From Caecitellus pseudoparvulus (taxonomy: Eukaryota > Protista > Bigyra: Bicosoecida), in NCBI GenBank assembly GCA_965644315.1, contig CBFFRQ010000057.1, positions 1-64,000 of the forward strand: a stretch of DNA of 64,000 bases, in the 5' to 3' direction. A program made the position numbers and the translations under genes. Position 1 is the first letter of the stretch; each line of letters starts with the position of its first letter. Under the pieces are notes generated by a model. The model worked only from the letters and a program-made list of their open reading frames with translations. It was not told the origin of the DNA and ran no database searches. This document shows, piece after piece, positions 36,270-48,700 of the stretch.

Positions 36270-39068
36270 TTAAATGTCATCATCGGAATCAGGCTCTGCT
36301 GGCACAGCGGCCCCGGCAAGTGAGCTTGCTTGCACTTGAGCAGTGGCTGCCACGAGGAACTGGCCTGCAATGCGATCCAGCACCGCAACCCACAAGCTCG
36401 CTGTGGGCGCATCCTCTGCGGAGAACTGCAGGCACTTGCTGCCTTTCAGCTGCACTTCAAAGACGTTTGCTCGTCGGCCGCTGTCCTGCGCAGACGCCAG
36501 CCTCGCGCTGATCATGGTGGACAGTGGGACTGAGTTCTTGGCTCGCACATCCCCCTCAGCCTTGTAGTACCCCAACGTACCTCCCTGTACCTTGACGTAG
36601 CGCTTGAGCCAACGGTTCCAACGGCCCTTCCCCGCGCGGGAGCGCTTAAACATGCAGGACTCCATGATTACTGAAGATGAGCGTGAGAGGCAGGCATTGG
36701 CGAGCGACACCACCTTCTCAAATCCAGGCTCGTCAGCGGGCTCCGCCGAGGCCCCAGAGGAGGGGGGCGTTTGTGGCGCAGGCGAGCTTGACTCAGCTTG
36801 TGCGCCACCCGTGTCGGTCGCCCCGCCTGGGCTGCCGCTGTCCCCTGTGTCAGCCTTGGTCTGGGAGCCCTCGTGCTGCGCTGCTGTGTCGCTGGGCAGT
36901 GCTCCTGGACTGCCACTTCCTTCCTCCGCCACTGGGCTGGCAGGGCCGCCGCCCTTCCTCGGCGAGGCTGCCCCAGTGACCAGCTTGATGCCATCCACGA
37001 CAGCTCGAATAGACCGCCGCTTGTGGGGCGAGCGCGAACCAACAGATGCCGCAGGTGCTCGCTGGACAGCGGCGCGTTTGGGAGGAGGGGGAGGCAACCC
37101 CACAACTGGTGCCCCAGCATGCTGGCCTCGCTGCAACTGCGCCTGCAGAGCAGCAACCTTTCTGGCGAGGGCATCCCCTCGAGCTATCGCAGTCCTCTCG
37201 CCGTCAACCTTCTTCTTGAAGCGGACAGCCATGCCTTGCAGCTGCTTCTTCAACACAGCATACTCCTCCCACAACGCCCGTGTAGCCACCTCCAAAGACA
37301 TGTCCTTGGCAGCCGGCACGCACTGGGTGAGGGCCAAGTGCACGACACTGCGGAGTGCTTGCGACGTCTCCGCCCCAGCTGCACTGCCTGAGTCTGGCAG
37401 CGTTCGCAGCTTCTGGTCCAACTGCTCAGCCAGGAGGAACAGACCGAGCGCTCTGCTCTCGACCAAGTCTTCTCGCTGCTTCGCGTTCGCTTCCTCCAGC
37501 TCCTGCTTCAAGCCTTCCATCTCACGCGCCTGCAGCTGCACCTGTTCGCGCAGTTGGGCAGCCTCCACCCTGGCCTCATCCCTCTGACAAGCCAGCTGTG
37601 TCAGTCTCGCTTTCAGCAGCGCAAGCGAGTCCCCCACATCGCCTCCACCCAGTCTGAGTGCCTCGGCGTCCATGTCGAACAATGACATCCCCTCCACCAT
37701 ACCAGCCGTCAAGTCCGAGGGGCGGGGCGTGCCGTCGAAGGACTCGCCCCCCTCGCCCAGGAGCTCCTGCAGGCGCCCCGCTGAGCTCCGACGTGGCGCA
37801 CGCCACATGCCAGAGCCTCTCCGAGAGCTGTTGCTGCGCAGCAGGTCGGGCGACCGCGAGCTCGCGCCTGCCGCCTTCATGCTCATCATGCTGCTCATGC
37901 GTTGCGAGTGGGCAGCTTGCAGCTCGTCATGCTCAGCCTGCAGCTCCAGGTGCGCCGAGCGCTCGCAGCGCAGGGCGTGCTGCATGCCTTGCAGCTTCCT
38001 CTGAGCCATACGCAGTGCAGAGGCGAGGACCTTGAGCTGTGCTTGTCTCCTGTGCAGCTCCTGCTGGAACATGTTCTCTCGCTCCTGCAGCGTGGCTTCC
38101 AGCACTTCAATGCGCACCTGCAGGGTGGAGAAGCGTGACTGCAGAGACTCGTGTGCGCGGCGCAGCGTGGAGAGAGGGAACGTCGCGAAACGCAGGGTGA
38201 CAGGGCGAGCTGCTGCTGCCAGCATGTCACTGGCTGCGGCGGCCCGGGTCCCCAGCAAGTCCTTCCCTTCGATGTGAGTGAGCACCATGCCCTTTTCCAA
38301 GAGCCGAAGCTGCTGCAGGTTGTGAGGAAGCTGTTGCCGCTGAGGGCCTCCTGCTCCGCCGCCGCTGTGCTTGCTCCCCTGCTGGGAGGCAGCTCCCGGC
38401 GGACTGCCCTGGGAGGCGGGGGACGCCACCCCGCTAGGCAGCAGTGCCCGCAGCGTGCGGTCGGTCCCGTCGCCGTACTCGTCGCTGTGGTAGGCAGGGG
38501 TGAATCCGTCAGAGGCCAGCTGCACGAACTCTTGGATCTCCAGGGCATACCCCGTGTCTGGAGGCGCAGGACGAAACAGGATGCCAAGCGGGCCTGCCTC
38601 AAAGTGCACCTCCTGCAGCCGCACATTCACATTGTCCAGGGTGTTGTCTGTGCGCAGCAGCTGAGGCAAGGCTTCGTCCCACCGCACAATGTCTTCTGAA
38701 TGCCCCAGCCCGTCCACACCCAGCAGGCCCATGCCTGCACCTGGCTGCCGCGCCAGGCCGCTATCCTGAGCGGCACGCCTCATGGCAGCGTGGCGTTCAG
38801 CCAGGAGAGCATATTGCTGCTGAAGCACCTCGTTCGCAAACTGGAGCCTTTGCACTTCCTCGGTTGCGGCATGGCCTGCAGAGTCCTCTCCCTCGCTGGC
38901 CGCCTTGCCAGGCCCACCCGAAGCAAAGGAGACGTCAAGTGCACTGCCCCTCGCCATGCTGCTGCCTCGACTGCACAGGACCCTCCTTGGAACCCCAACC
39001 TGCGCTCGAAAGTCAAACGAACCCTCATCTTCATCTAATAATCCCTTCCTGGGCGTCTTGCTTGCCAT
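36270..39068 (-). CDS. PDZ-like + coiled-coil + C-terminal PH domain protein (932 aa)
   Basis: EVHFEAGPLGILF...GMVLTHIEGKDL...ARPVTLRF (PDZ-like, with insertion); heptad-rich middle; PH: CMFKRS..WLKRYVKV..LGYYK..FEVQL..LQFSAEDAPTASLWVAVL. Confidence 0.82.
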   Translation of the reverse strand: MASKTPRKGLLDEDEGSFDFRAQVGVPRRVLCSRGSSMARGSALDVSFASGGPGKAASEGEDSAGHAATEEVQRLQFANEVLQQQYALLAERHAAMRRAAQDSGLARQPGAGMGLLGVDGLGHSEDIVRWDEALPQLLRTDNTLDNVNVRLQEVHFEAGPLGILFRPAPPDTGYALEIQEFVQLASDGFTPAYHSDEYGDGTDRTLRALLPSGVASPASQGSPPGAASQQGSKHSGGGAGGPQRQQLPHNLQQLRLLEKGMVLTHIEGKDLLGTRAAAASDMLAAAARPVTLRFATFPLSTLRRAHESLQSRFSTLQVRIEVLEATLQERENMFQQELHRRQAQLKVLASALRMAQRKLQGMQHALRCERSAHLELQAEHDELQAAHSQRMSSMMSMKAAGASSRSPDLLRSNSSRRGSGMWRAPRRSSAGRLQELLGEGGESFDGTPRPSDLTAGMVEGMSLFDMDAEALRLGGGDVGDSLALLKARLTQLACQRDEARVEAAQLREQVQLQAREMEGLKQELEEANAKQREDLVESRALGLFLLAEQLDQKLRTLPDSGSAAGAETSQALRSVVHLALTQCVPAAKDMSLEVATRALWEEYAVLKKQLQGMAVRFKKKVDGERTAIARGDALARKVAALQAQLQRGQHAGAPVVGLPPPPPKRAAVQRAPAASVGSRSPHKRRSIRAVVDGIKLVTGAASPRKGGGPASPVAEEGSGSPGALPSDTAAQHEGSQTKADTGDSGSPGGATDTGGAQAESSSPAPQTPPSSGASAEPADEPGFEKVVSLANACLSRSSSVIMESCMFKRSRAGKGRWNRWLKRYVKVQGGTLGYYKAEGDVRAKNSVPLSTMISARLASAQDSGRRANVFEVQLKGSKCLQFSAEDAPTASLWVAVLDRIAGQFLVAATAQVQASSLAGAAVPAEPDSDDDI

Positions 39069-39370
39069 CTTGCTTCAAGGAGGGAGTAACATGTAGGCGA
39101 CTGCAGAGTTGCGGAAATTGAGCAAGCAGCTAGCGGTGTCCCCCGCAGCTTTGTCTGTCTGCGTCTGCGAAATCGAAACACGCCGCGTAACCGTGGTCGG
39201 TGACTTGCATCGGAGTCCTTTTGCTTTTTGGTCCCCTCTCTGCATTGATGCGTGCTTCATGAGTCTTGCCTATAGTTTGAGCCAGCGACGCCGCCTCCAA
39301 CCCACAAGAACGGCAGTCATTGGGATGGGAGGATGAACTGAAAGAGATAGCCATCCCAATCGTCCAAACC

Positions 39371-41541
39371 ATGGTGCCATCATTCTCCATCGGTCTTGCA
39401 GGCCTTGGTTTGGGCGTAGACGCTGCAGAACGAGTGCGTGGCGCATCGGACACTGCGCTTGACCCGCATGAAACTCCGTGTCCGGCACCACTCGAACGCA
39501 CAGATGCTGCAAGCCCTGTCCTCGCCCGCGTTCGCGCCTCTGGAGGATGCTGTGGCGTGGATTGAGGCTGCTTGTGGCCAGGTTTGGGCCCGTTCGCTTG
39601 TCTCGCTTGTAGCATTCAGCTTGCCGCATGCTCTTGCGTTTCGAATGGCCCCTTCAGTCGCAGCCAAGACTGCTTTAGCAGTGAGCGTCGGGACGCTTCA
39701 ACTACACTGGCTTGCTTCCTTTCGTGTTGCTGCATGGACATTGGCTGTGCTGGGCGCTTGGTACGCTTTCTTCTGTGTCCCTATGAATCCGACCCTGCGA
39801 AAGGCCCTCGTTTGGTTGGGTGTGGTTAGCACAACGGTTTGGTTTCATTGGGGGCTGGTAGCGAACGCATCAGCGTTTCATGATGACACCAAACGAGTCG
39901 CCTTTTTGCCCTTCCTCTGTGGCATGCGACTCGTCAGCTTGGCATGCAACCTTCCGTACCTGCAGCACAGCAACCTGCGCAGGGACACTCTCGCCCAAGC
40001 ATTGGTGGTTGTCCAGGCTGGCAATGACAAAAGGCTGCAGGCCACCAAACTGCAGAAGAATCTTCTGCGGAGGTTGTCGTTGGCAGGGGGGCCTTTTCCA
40101 AGTTGTGCGCAGTTCCTTGCTTGGATGCTGCACCCGGGAGCCGGAATGACAGGCTGCTTTCAAGAGTTCGCAGACTACCACGCTGCGCTTCACGGGAAGT
40201 CAGCCAGTACGGATGTTTGGCACGGTTTTCTAGCGGGAAAGGGAGTGCTCCTTTCCTCGAGTGGAATTTCGGGGGCCGCTGGTGACAGAGCACTGGAGCC
40301 CCTGGCCCGCAGCGCTCCACGGGCAGCACGTGCCGCGATCGTTGCCGGGGCTGGGATTCTGGCGGCTTTCACGTTACAGAGCTCGTTCGATCAAGTCTCT
40401 TTCGCTCTGGGAGAGCAAGGCACTTGGCTTCCGTGGTGGCGAAGACTGTACAGTGCTTTCCCAGACATGCCGGCGGCTGCTTGGAGCACCCCAACTCGAC
40501 TGCAGCAAGTATGTGGACCCCTGTGGTGGGCAATCAAGGTTGGTTTCAGGATGGCTTGGACCCGAGGCTTTGTGCTGGGCAGCTGGCTTCCGGCATTGGC
40601 GCTCGCGGGTAGAGTCGTGCTGTTCCAAGTGTTGGTCATGGAGCCCGCTCATTGGGGGTGGTGGAAGTTGGGGGAGTGCCTCATGGTCCTCTCAGGCATA
40701 GGGTGAGGCAAATCTGCGCCAAAGAAAAGTACTTTGACTGTGCACTGCATCCAGCTGCCCTGCTCCTCGCAGCTATACTCCCTCTGCCGCCCTAGACTGC
40801 AACTCTGGATCCAAAGTTGCCCGTCGAAGCGAACCGGTGCGGGTGGCCTTCACAGCAGCACCGACCCTGGCCGTGCCACGGGTACTCCTGAATGGCTGGA
40901 GTGCCTCCACTGCGACCCCTGTTTTCGCCATGCACTTTATGGGCTCCTTTAGGGACGCCATCCGCTGCTGGAACCCTGTGAGTGTGGCAGCGGCCAGGAC
41001 ACAGATCAGCATGCCCGCGGCTTGTCACCCCCCCCCCTGACTTTCACAGCGGATGTCATGGTGGCTTGAGCACTACGTTCACCGCGAAGTCCCTCAAGCT
41101 TGGGGCTTGAACTACCTCGCAACGTACGGCGCCAACGCGCTGATGCACGGCTCCCACCTCGGCAGTTGGTTCACCTACAGCACCTTCATCTTGCTGACTG
41201 TCCATGAGCGCACGATGCAGCAGCTCGCTGAGCTGTGCAGCGGGGCGATCCCCTGGCGCGTGGGCGAAATAGCCTCTAGACTTCTGATGGCAAGTCAAGT
41301 CTTCTTGCTGACCAACTACGCCTTCATGACATACACCATCAAGCCGTGGCCGATAGCCCTCCTCACGTGGGCAGAGATTGGGTTCCTGCCACATGCATAT
41401 GTCTTAACTGCCACCGTGCTGGGCATAATTTTAGTCCAAGTCAAGCTCCGAACATGCCCGGTCTGGGACCAGAGCCAGCAGGAGGCTGTAGCACAGCTGG
41501 GCCAGCAAAACCCACCACACCTTGAAAAGAAAGAACACTGA
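39371..41541 (+). CDS. MBOAT-family membrane-bound O-acyltransferase (lysophospholipid acyltransferase-like, divergent)
   Basis: Exons 39371-39433, 39504-40702, 40773-40977, 41050-41541 (introns 70, 70, 72 nt). Motifs WKLGECLMVLSGIGY, CWNPRMSWWLEHYVHR, NALMHG (putative catalytic His); multiple TM segments; ends KKEH (KKxx ER-retrieval type). Start is inferred. Confidence 0.8.
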
Positions 41542-41655
41542 ACATGCCATCCAGAGCGTTTGCAGCGCTGAAGTTTCTTGCCTTGTCTCGCTCGCGCTGG
41601 AGCAGACATCAGCGCAGGCCTGTGGCTGCGTCTCTCACACGCTCAACGCAGCATC

Positions 41656-42178
41656 ATGGCTAAAGCCGCACGGCCGGCAGCTCAAGAGGAGCACTGGGCA
41701 GAGCTATACGAGAAGCTTGGCCAGGCACTTCAACAGTCCAAGTCAACGAAGAAGCTCCGTGAAGCCGCCTCTGGCTTCCGCTCCAAAGCGGCAGACCTGC
41801 GACGCAAAGGTACGTTGCTGCCGCTGAAACGCCGATCGTTGAAGTGCCGCAGCACTAGCATGTCCTGAATCTGCAGCACTGAGCACACATCGGCAAGCCG
41901 CAAGCAAGGCCAGGGCCAAAGTTGCCCGCATGCGGGAGGTGTATGAGAGCATGCAACCATCGACGGGTGGAGACGAAGGGCACGGCTTGCAAGCGGCAGT
42001 GCAGAAGGGGAAAGAGGCCTTGCAGCAGCTGGAAACCGCCGAGAATGCGGTGAATTCCGCCAAAGCAAACATGGAGCGGGCCCTTCGAGACGTGCAGGGC
42101 ATTGTGAACACCACAAAAGCTTCGTTTGATCAGGAAGTCAAGCTCTACGTTGACAGCCTCACTGCGCCGCCCATCTAA
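41656..42178 (+). CDS. Small coiled-coil hypothetical protein (~151 aa)
   Basis: ATG 41656 MAKAARPAAQEEHWAELYEKLGQ; intron 41810-41876 (gtacgt..ctgcag, 67 nt) joins in frame to the 41930-42178 ORF. Confidence 0.65.
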
Positions 42179-42759
42179 TGCAACAGCAACGCGCACCTCC
42201 ATCCTCTTAGTGAGCGCCTGGCCATCCTTTTCTTGCGAATGGCTGTTTTGGATTGTACTCGTCAAGGCAATAAGTCTTACTATCTATGGCTATACTACGT
42301 GTTCGGACCACTCGTTTCTCGACCTGCTTAGGAGCCAGAATTATCTCGCATACCTGTTCCTCCTTTCTATAGTTCAGCCTCTTCAAATGGCCACTTTTGC
42401 GTACCCACTGCAAGCACTGCAGGATATGACACCATCCACCCCGCCTTAATTGCCGTGCGCTCCGTAGGGCCGGCTCGTGAGCCCAACGGCGTGTTGGCCA
42501 GTGCATGGTGGGCCAGCCTGCGAAGCGAGTCGAAGGGCACCCCGTTTGTATTGCATCGTTGCAGGCGCAGGGCGCTGGGGGAGGCGACAAAGGGTAACTG
42601 TAACAGAAATCTAACGTGAGGGCCGCGTGTGTCCTCGGCGAGTGGCGCCAGAGGCGCGACACAGGCCACCCTGCTCTGCGGCTCTGGAAGCCACACCAGG
42701 GCTCAATTCCCGCACATCACCACGGGCACCCTTCGCAGGCAGAGGCATCCAAGTTAGGC

Positions 42760-45700
42760 ATGGCACTCGCAGGGTACCTCTTCAAAGCAAACGCCCAACA
42801 CACAGCGTACCACAAACGGTGAGTCGTGTGTGAATTCCAGCTCGCCGTGCGAGGCGAGGCGAGGGTGGGCTGTGGCCACTGCACTCTCGCTGCACCGACT
42901 GCAGGTACTTGGTGTACTATGGAGCGCGCCAGGTGTCGTACTACGATAGTGAGGAGGATGCCGCGAATGGAAAGAGCAAGGGGGCAATTTCGTTGAAGGA
43001 CGGGGTTCTCCGTGTCGGCTTTGGTGCGTGTTCGACGCGACGGAAGGTTGCAGGCGACGCCAGGCACCTGTGCCCTGCCGGCTGCTCCCCTCACAGTGGA
43101 CGTGCAGCGGGCAAAGTCCCGTCGTTGGTTCTCTTTCAAGGCGGAAGCCGAACCACCCACCAGCCATGTCTTTTCGATCGAAACCCCGGATCGCGTGTAC
43201 AAGTTTGCTGCCAACAGCGAGGAAGACATGCTTGACTGGGCGAAAGCCTTGTCCAGCGCGATGCGCCCGGAAGGCGCACTCATGAAAGAAATTGCGGCTG
43301 CCCATGAAGCATCCAAGGCGGATGTGGCGAAGGAACGGGAGGCTCGCATCCGGAAGGTGAAGGGTGTGATTTCGCATGGACGGGGGGACTCAACAGTGCC
43401 TGCCCCGGATGACGTGGATGAGGCGTACTCCAAGCCTGTTCCCGAGGTGGATGCAGCCTACCTGCAGCGTGGCCCGCCCACGCACCTCCTCATCCACGTG
43501 CATCACTTGGCTGGCGTGCCTCGCCTGCTGGGGAAGGGTGTCGCCGACGGCGCTCGCCTGACAGTGGGCATCATGCTGGCGGATACTGACGATGCCGACG
43601 GCCACGTGTACACAGACGAGCTGCGGTACACAGCTGCGCTCCCCAGTAAAGTTGTGCGTGCGTGCAATGGCGTGTCGGCGTTTGACTCTGCAGGCACGCC
43701 GGATGTCGTCCCGACTGAGCCGGCTGAAGCCGAGGATGACCCCGCCCCCTCTACTTCGGGTGGTGCCGCGGCGTCAACAGCGGCCGACGGCGCGGCTGCC
43801 CCTGCTGCTACCGGCGCAGGCGATGCCCCACCGGCGCGCGCGGCAGAGGACTCTGGCTTCCCAGACGAAGAGAGTAGCGACGAAGAGCAGGCGGAGGGAC
43901 CGGGCGGCATGGAGCTGCCAGAGGAGGCAGACGACTTCGACGAGGACGTGTGCCCCCTGTCTGCCACTTTCTCCTTCCTCCTCCCCGCTGCGAGCGAGAC
44001 GCAGGATGGGCCCATTCCCGACATGCAGTTGCCTGACACGTCGAAGATGCGCATTGCTCTGCGCCTGCACAACAAGGGCTTGACTGAGACAATCGCGAAG
44101 AAGCGCCACCTGGTGCTTGCTCGCCTGCCCACGCTGGACGGGCAGCAGATCCGGCCATACCACCCCCAGCCCCTGCCCCTGCGTGTGCTACCACCCGAAG
44201 GAAGGGAAGTGGACGTGGCAGAGGAGACGGCAGGGGACACGCAGCCTGAGCTGCTGCTTGTGATGATGTGGGTGGGCGGAGGTGAACACCAGCTCCGTGA
44301 GGGGGTGCTGTCCAACGAAGAGGCCGCTGCTGCAGTCAAGCCGGTCCAGCCTGGTGACGAGGGTGGGGACGGAGACCCTAACCGCACTAAAGGAGTGTCG
44401 TTTACCTCCGGTGGGGCCTACGCCTTCGGCCTAGGCGACACATCTTCAGCCGTGACACTGCGCATGGCAGTGCCCGTGTTTCACAAGCCTGGCATCAGCG
44501 TGGCAGGGGCCAAGGCCAGCGACGATGCATGGCGCCAGCGGGCGCACGAAATCATCACCAACATGAACGCGGATTGGTACAAAGCTGGCGCCGTGGATGA
44601 GGCTGGCTCCGCGGGCGCCTTGGCACACCTGCGGTCGTCTCACCCATCGGCTGCGGCTGCGCGGCAGGCAGTGTGGAACCTGTACGGCCGCCCCATTGCC
44701 CGGCTCTCACCCACCGGCACCAACATGTGGGAGGCGGTGGACGGCGAGGAGGACCGCGTGCACGAGGACATCCCCCTCGTGCTGCAGCAAGCCTTTGATG
44801 CCGACTCTGCCGCCCAGCGCAACCGAGGAGCCATCGCAGACCGGGGTGGCGGGCAATTCCGTGGCAAGCTAGACCACCGGCATCTCGCGCTGCTGGGTGG
44901 CGGCGCAGGGGAGGATGAGTACGAGGCAGATGCAGTCAGCGTCGCGTCTGGCATGTCATACGCTTCTGACGACGAGGACAAGACCGGCATCCTGCGCCTG
45001 CACGGCGACGGTGTGGAGGACTACCACACACTTGCCGGTGGCCATGCCCAGCGCCTGGTGCAGGCAGCCGCCGAGGAAGGCGCAGGGGCAGTCATCCCCA
45101 CTAAGAGCCTGCGCCCGCCCAAGACCAAGTTCGCCGACGCCGTGCCGGGGGACGACATTGCTCTGAGTGGTATCGGGCTCATGCCGCTCACACTGCACCC
45201 AAGCACACACCCCGCTTTCATGGCCGCGGCGGCATTTGCCAACGCCCAAGCAGCGCTGCCGGATGACCCGCCGCCCCAGCCGCCTGCCATCGGCTTCGCC
45301 ATGGACATGGCCAAGGCCGGGCTGGAGGCAATGGGGAAAGCCCACGTGAAGCGCATGAAGTCGCAAGGCATGCGGAAAGGAGTGTACCAAGTCCTCGTCT
45401 CTGTGCGCAAAGTGCAGGACTTGGTGCTGCCACAGTCGCACCCCCACTCGGCAGCTGCGGCGGCCGCCCTTCTGTCCCAGAGCCCAGTGCAAGTGAGCGT
45501 GGATGTGGTGGGCCTAGGTTCAGACCAGAAAGAGGAGATGCTGTCCTCCCTCGGCCCCCTTCGCATCGCGCTGCCCATGCACGACCGCGCTGTGCGGCGT
45601 GACATCCGCAGCGTGGTCTTGGCAGAGGAGAAGCGCCTGTTCCAGAAACTGGAGGCTTCACAGAAGGCCACTGCACAAGGCGGGCTGCCAGAAGACTACG

Positions 45701-48700
45701 AGGTGCTGACAGAGGCTGGCGAAGACATGACTGACCTGGGGGAGGTCATTGATACCGCCACAGAGGCCGCCGCGGCGCAGGGGGCGGGGACAAACCCCGC
45801 AGTCTCAGCAGCCCTGTGCCGGGGCACGAGCACTTCATTGCCCATGTGCTGGGTCGTGGATGACGCCATTACGTTGCGTTTGCCGGCTGCCTCTGAGGAG
45901 CAGCTGGCAGGCGCCAACCTGCGCATTCGGGTGCGGGTGCCGACAGTGGCATCCCCCCCCGATTTGGCGGGCGGGAATGTCGTGGGAGAGTTCACAGCTC
46001 CACTGCCTGTCATGTACATGCAACAGCGCAAGTATGGGCGGGACGCTGCGGGGGGGACCAGTGTGGGCGGGGACACCTCTCTTTGGTGCAGGTGGGTAGC
46101 ACTGGGCGCACCTCCCGCAGCAGAGGATGCGGCAGTGAGCGTGGCTCGGGAGGGAGGCGACCCTTGCGCGGTGCCAGACCCAGGGGTGCACGGCAGTGTG
46201 CGAGGTTTCGCCCTCGTCACAGTGAACATCCGACCTCTCATCGTCAGCAAAGGGTACATTCCCGGGCGAGGCACTGCAGAGACGTCCAAGCGCCTGGCTC
46301 TCGGCCCACTGCTGGCTGGGCGTGTGTCCACAGACATGGGGCAAGGCAAGGGGGCAGAGGAGGTCGGTTTGAACGTGCCTGGCGCGGCCGCTGAGGAGGA
46401 GGGCGGCGCCACAGAGCGCAAAGTGGCAGAGCCCCCCCGCACAACAGAGGACGACAAGCTGCCGCCCCACCCCCATGACCACCTGGACCCGCACGCCCCC
46501 AATCCTGGCATGGGGGACGTGGAAGACGCCCGACCAGCCATGCACTCAGCGGACTGGGGCGCTACAGCCCGGACACCCAACGGTCGGCCGCTCAACCGGC
46601 GCCACCTGCCCCTGCGCCTCGGGTATGAGGGCATACCCACCGCCCCCCTGGTGTTCCCCCCCACGTTGACGCCTCGAATGGGGTCCCTCATCATCACGCT
46701 GCACAAAATCATCGACTTACCGGCCATGGATGCCGGCATTGCTGGCCTGAGCCCCGGCATCGACGCTTACGTCAAGGTGGCCTGTGGAGGTGCCGTTGTC
46801 AGTACATACGTGAACACCATCAAGGGCAAGGGGGTGCTGCAGACGGATGTCTGTGCACGCATCGTACTGCCTGTGTGGCTGCCTCTGCCCACCTACGGCC
46901 AGGCCCGATCCCTCACTCGTGGCTCTTCCAGGTCTGCTGCGGCAGCCGTCGCCGCGGCGGCCGTGGCCAGGGACCACACTCACGCACAGGGTGCATGGCC
47001 GGGCCTGCGCACTGGGTCCACGACGCGCCCTGGCTCCTGCTGGGCACTTGGGAACGGGCGTGAGGTGGGAGGCTGGGGACTGTCTTCGGACAGTGCCCGG
47101 GTGCCGGAGGCGAGCGGGGGCAAGGCCGCAGCGGCCCCCTCCACAACCAAGCTGGACGCCCTCGACCGAGTGCCGTTGGAGGCCCACCTCGCCGCTGCAG
47201 ATGCATCGCGAGACCCGCTGGGTGTGCCCTCGGCTGCGACACAGTCCACAGCGGCGAAGGCCATGGAGCGGGCTGCAGCGGCAGCCGTCGCGCGTGACTA
47301 TGATGTTGGAGCTGTGGTGGCCAGCAACGTCACCGCCCCGTCCATCACGGGTGGCTTGGCAGGTGGGGGCCAAGACAGTGCCATGCGCCACGCTGGGTTT
47401 GGCTGGAACATGGAGGATGGGTGTCAGTTGAGCAGGGTGACGTTGGGTGTCTGGGACCATGACTCGGTGGGCAACGACGACCGTGTGGCTTGCACTTCAC
47501 TTTCCCTCGCGGACATTATGGCGACACAGGCGCTGCGCACAGAACATCAGATGGACGAAGCCCCTGACACTGCCAACGCGCGCCCGTTAGGCGCGGGGCC
47601 TATCTGGCTGCCGCTGCACGGCGCCCGGCTAAACAAGGATGGCGGTGTGGGCGTGTTCTCGTCAGAGGGAAGCAGCACCGCTGCTGCCATGAACAGCGAC
47701 CCCCGACTGGGCAAGCAGTACCGTGGAGCCATCCTGGCTTCCTTCCGTATCGTGGAGTGGGCGGAAGCGGACGCAGGGCTTGCCGAGCGAGAGGCTGACT
47801 TGGCTGACTCCACGCTCTGGCTGCGACGCGGCATGGGGGGCTCGGAGCAGACGCTGGCCCACGAAGAGAACCACGACATGATTGAAGACATGGGTTTGCT
47901 GCTGCCGCAAGCGCCCTTCCTCTTCGCGCCGCCGCCCGACATGGACGTGTCCACCATGGAGACGTACGTGTGGCCGCCCCCGCTGATGGCACGCATGCAC
48001 TTGCGCCATGTGCACCCGCTGCAGCCACTGCAGTTGTTCCAGTCCCTGCGAGATCCCAGCCGTGCCTTCTTCACAAGGTATGCCGTGGCTGCCATGGTAC
48101 TTTCGGGGACTGACCTGCCCTTCCTGCTGTCCAGGACGAACGTCGGGCAACCGTCCAAGATGCACATCACTGTTGCCTTGGGCCCTCAATTCCTCATCAG
48201 TAGCCGGGAGACCCAGGAGGCTGGGCGCGTGTACTGGCACCAGTTGCTCACTGCAGCTGACTGGGTGCTGCCCACGAACCCCTCTGCACTCCCCGACCTG
48301 TTCGTGTACCTCACGGACCGAGATGGGCGCCACATTGCCCAAGGGCGCATCCCAGCTGCGAGGGTGATCTCAACACGGTGGGGCACGGGGCCGTTTTGGA
48401 TTCCCCTCATCCCTGATGAGACGACGGGAGTGGTCGATGTGCACAAGACGCTGACTCCTGACGACCGTGCAGGGTCTGTCGCAGTGTGGCTGGGCATGGG
48501 GCCGCTGAAGGAGTTGTTTAAGTCCCGCTCGAAGAAGCACCGGCAGATGCGCAAGCGCCTACGGGCTGCCCGTGCCATGGGCCTGAAAGTGTCCAAAGAG
48601 CAAATCTACGGCGGAGCGGCGGCTCACTTTGAGTCGGGCCCCGCGAAGCCCCTGCAAATGGTGCCCGTCTCTGCTGCACGCCGAGATGAAGGAGCGAAGC

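Noticed and set aside
40704-40706. TGA after SGIG in the MBOAT as a premature stop, pseudogene or selenocysteine
   Set aside because: It lies within the gtgagg donor of a 70-nt intron whose removal restores SGIGY.
42355-42390. U3 snoRNA-like TTTCTATAG..CCTCT segment
   Set aside because: Only a short match; no convincing box A', B, C or D arrangement.
42207-42440. Minus-strand peptide as a Polinton/virophage DNA polymerase C-terminus
   Set aside because: Resemblance limited to KRVV; no catalytic motifs or terminal repeats. Kept only as an unexplained island.
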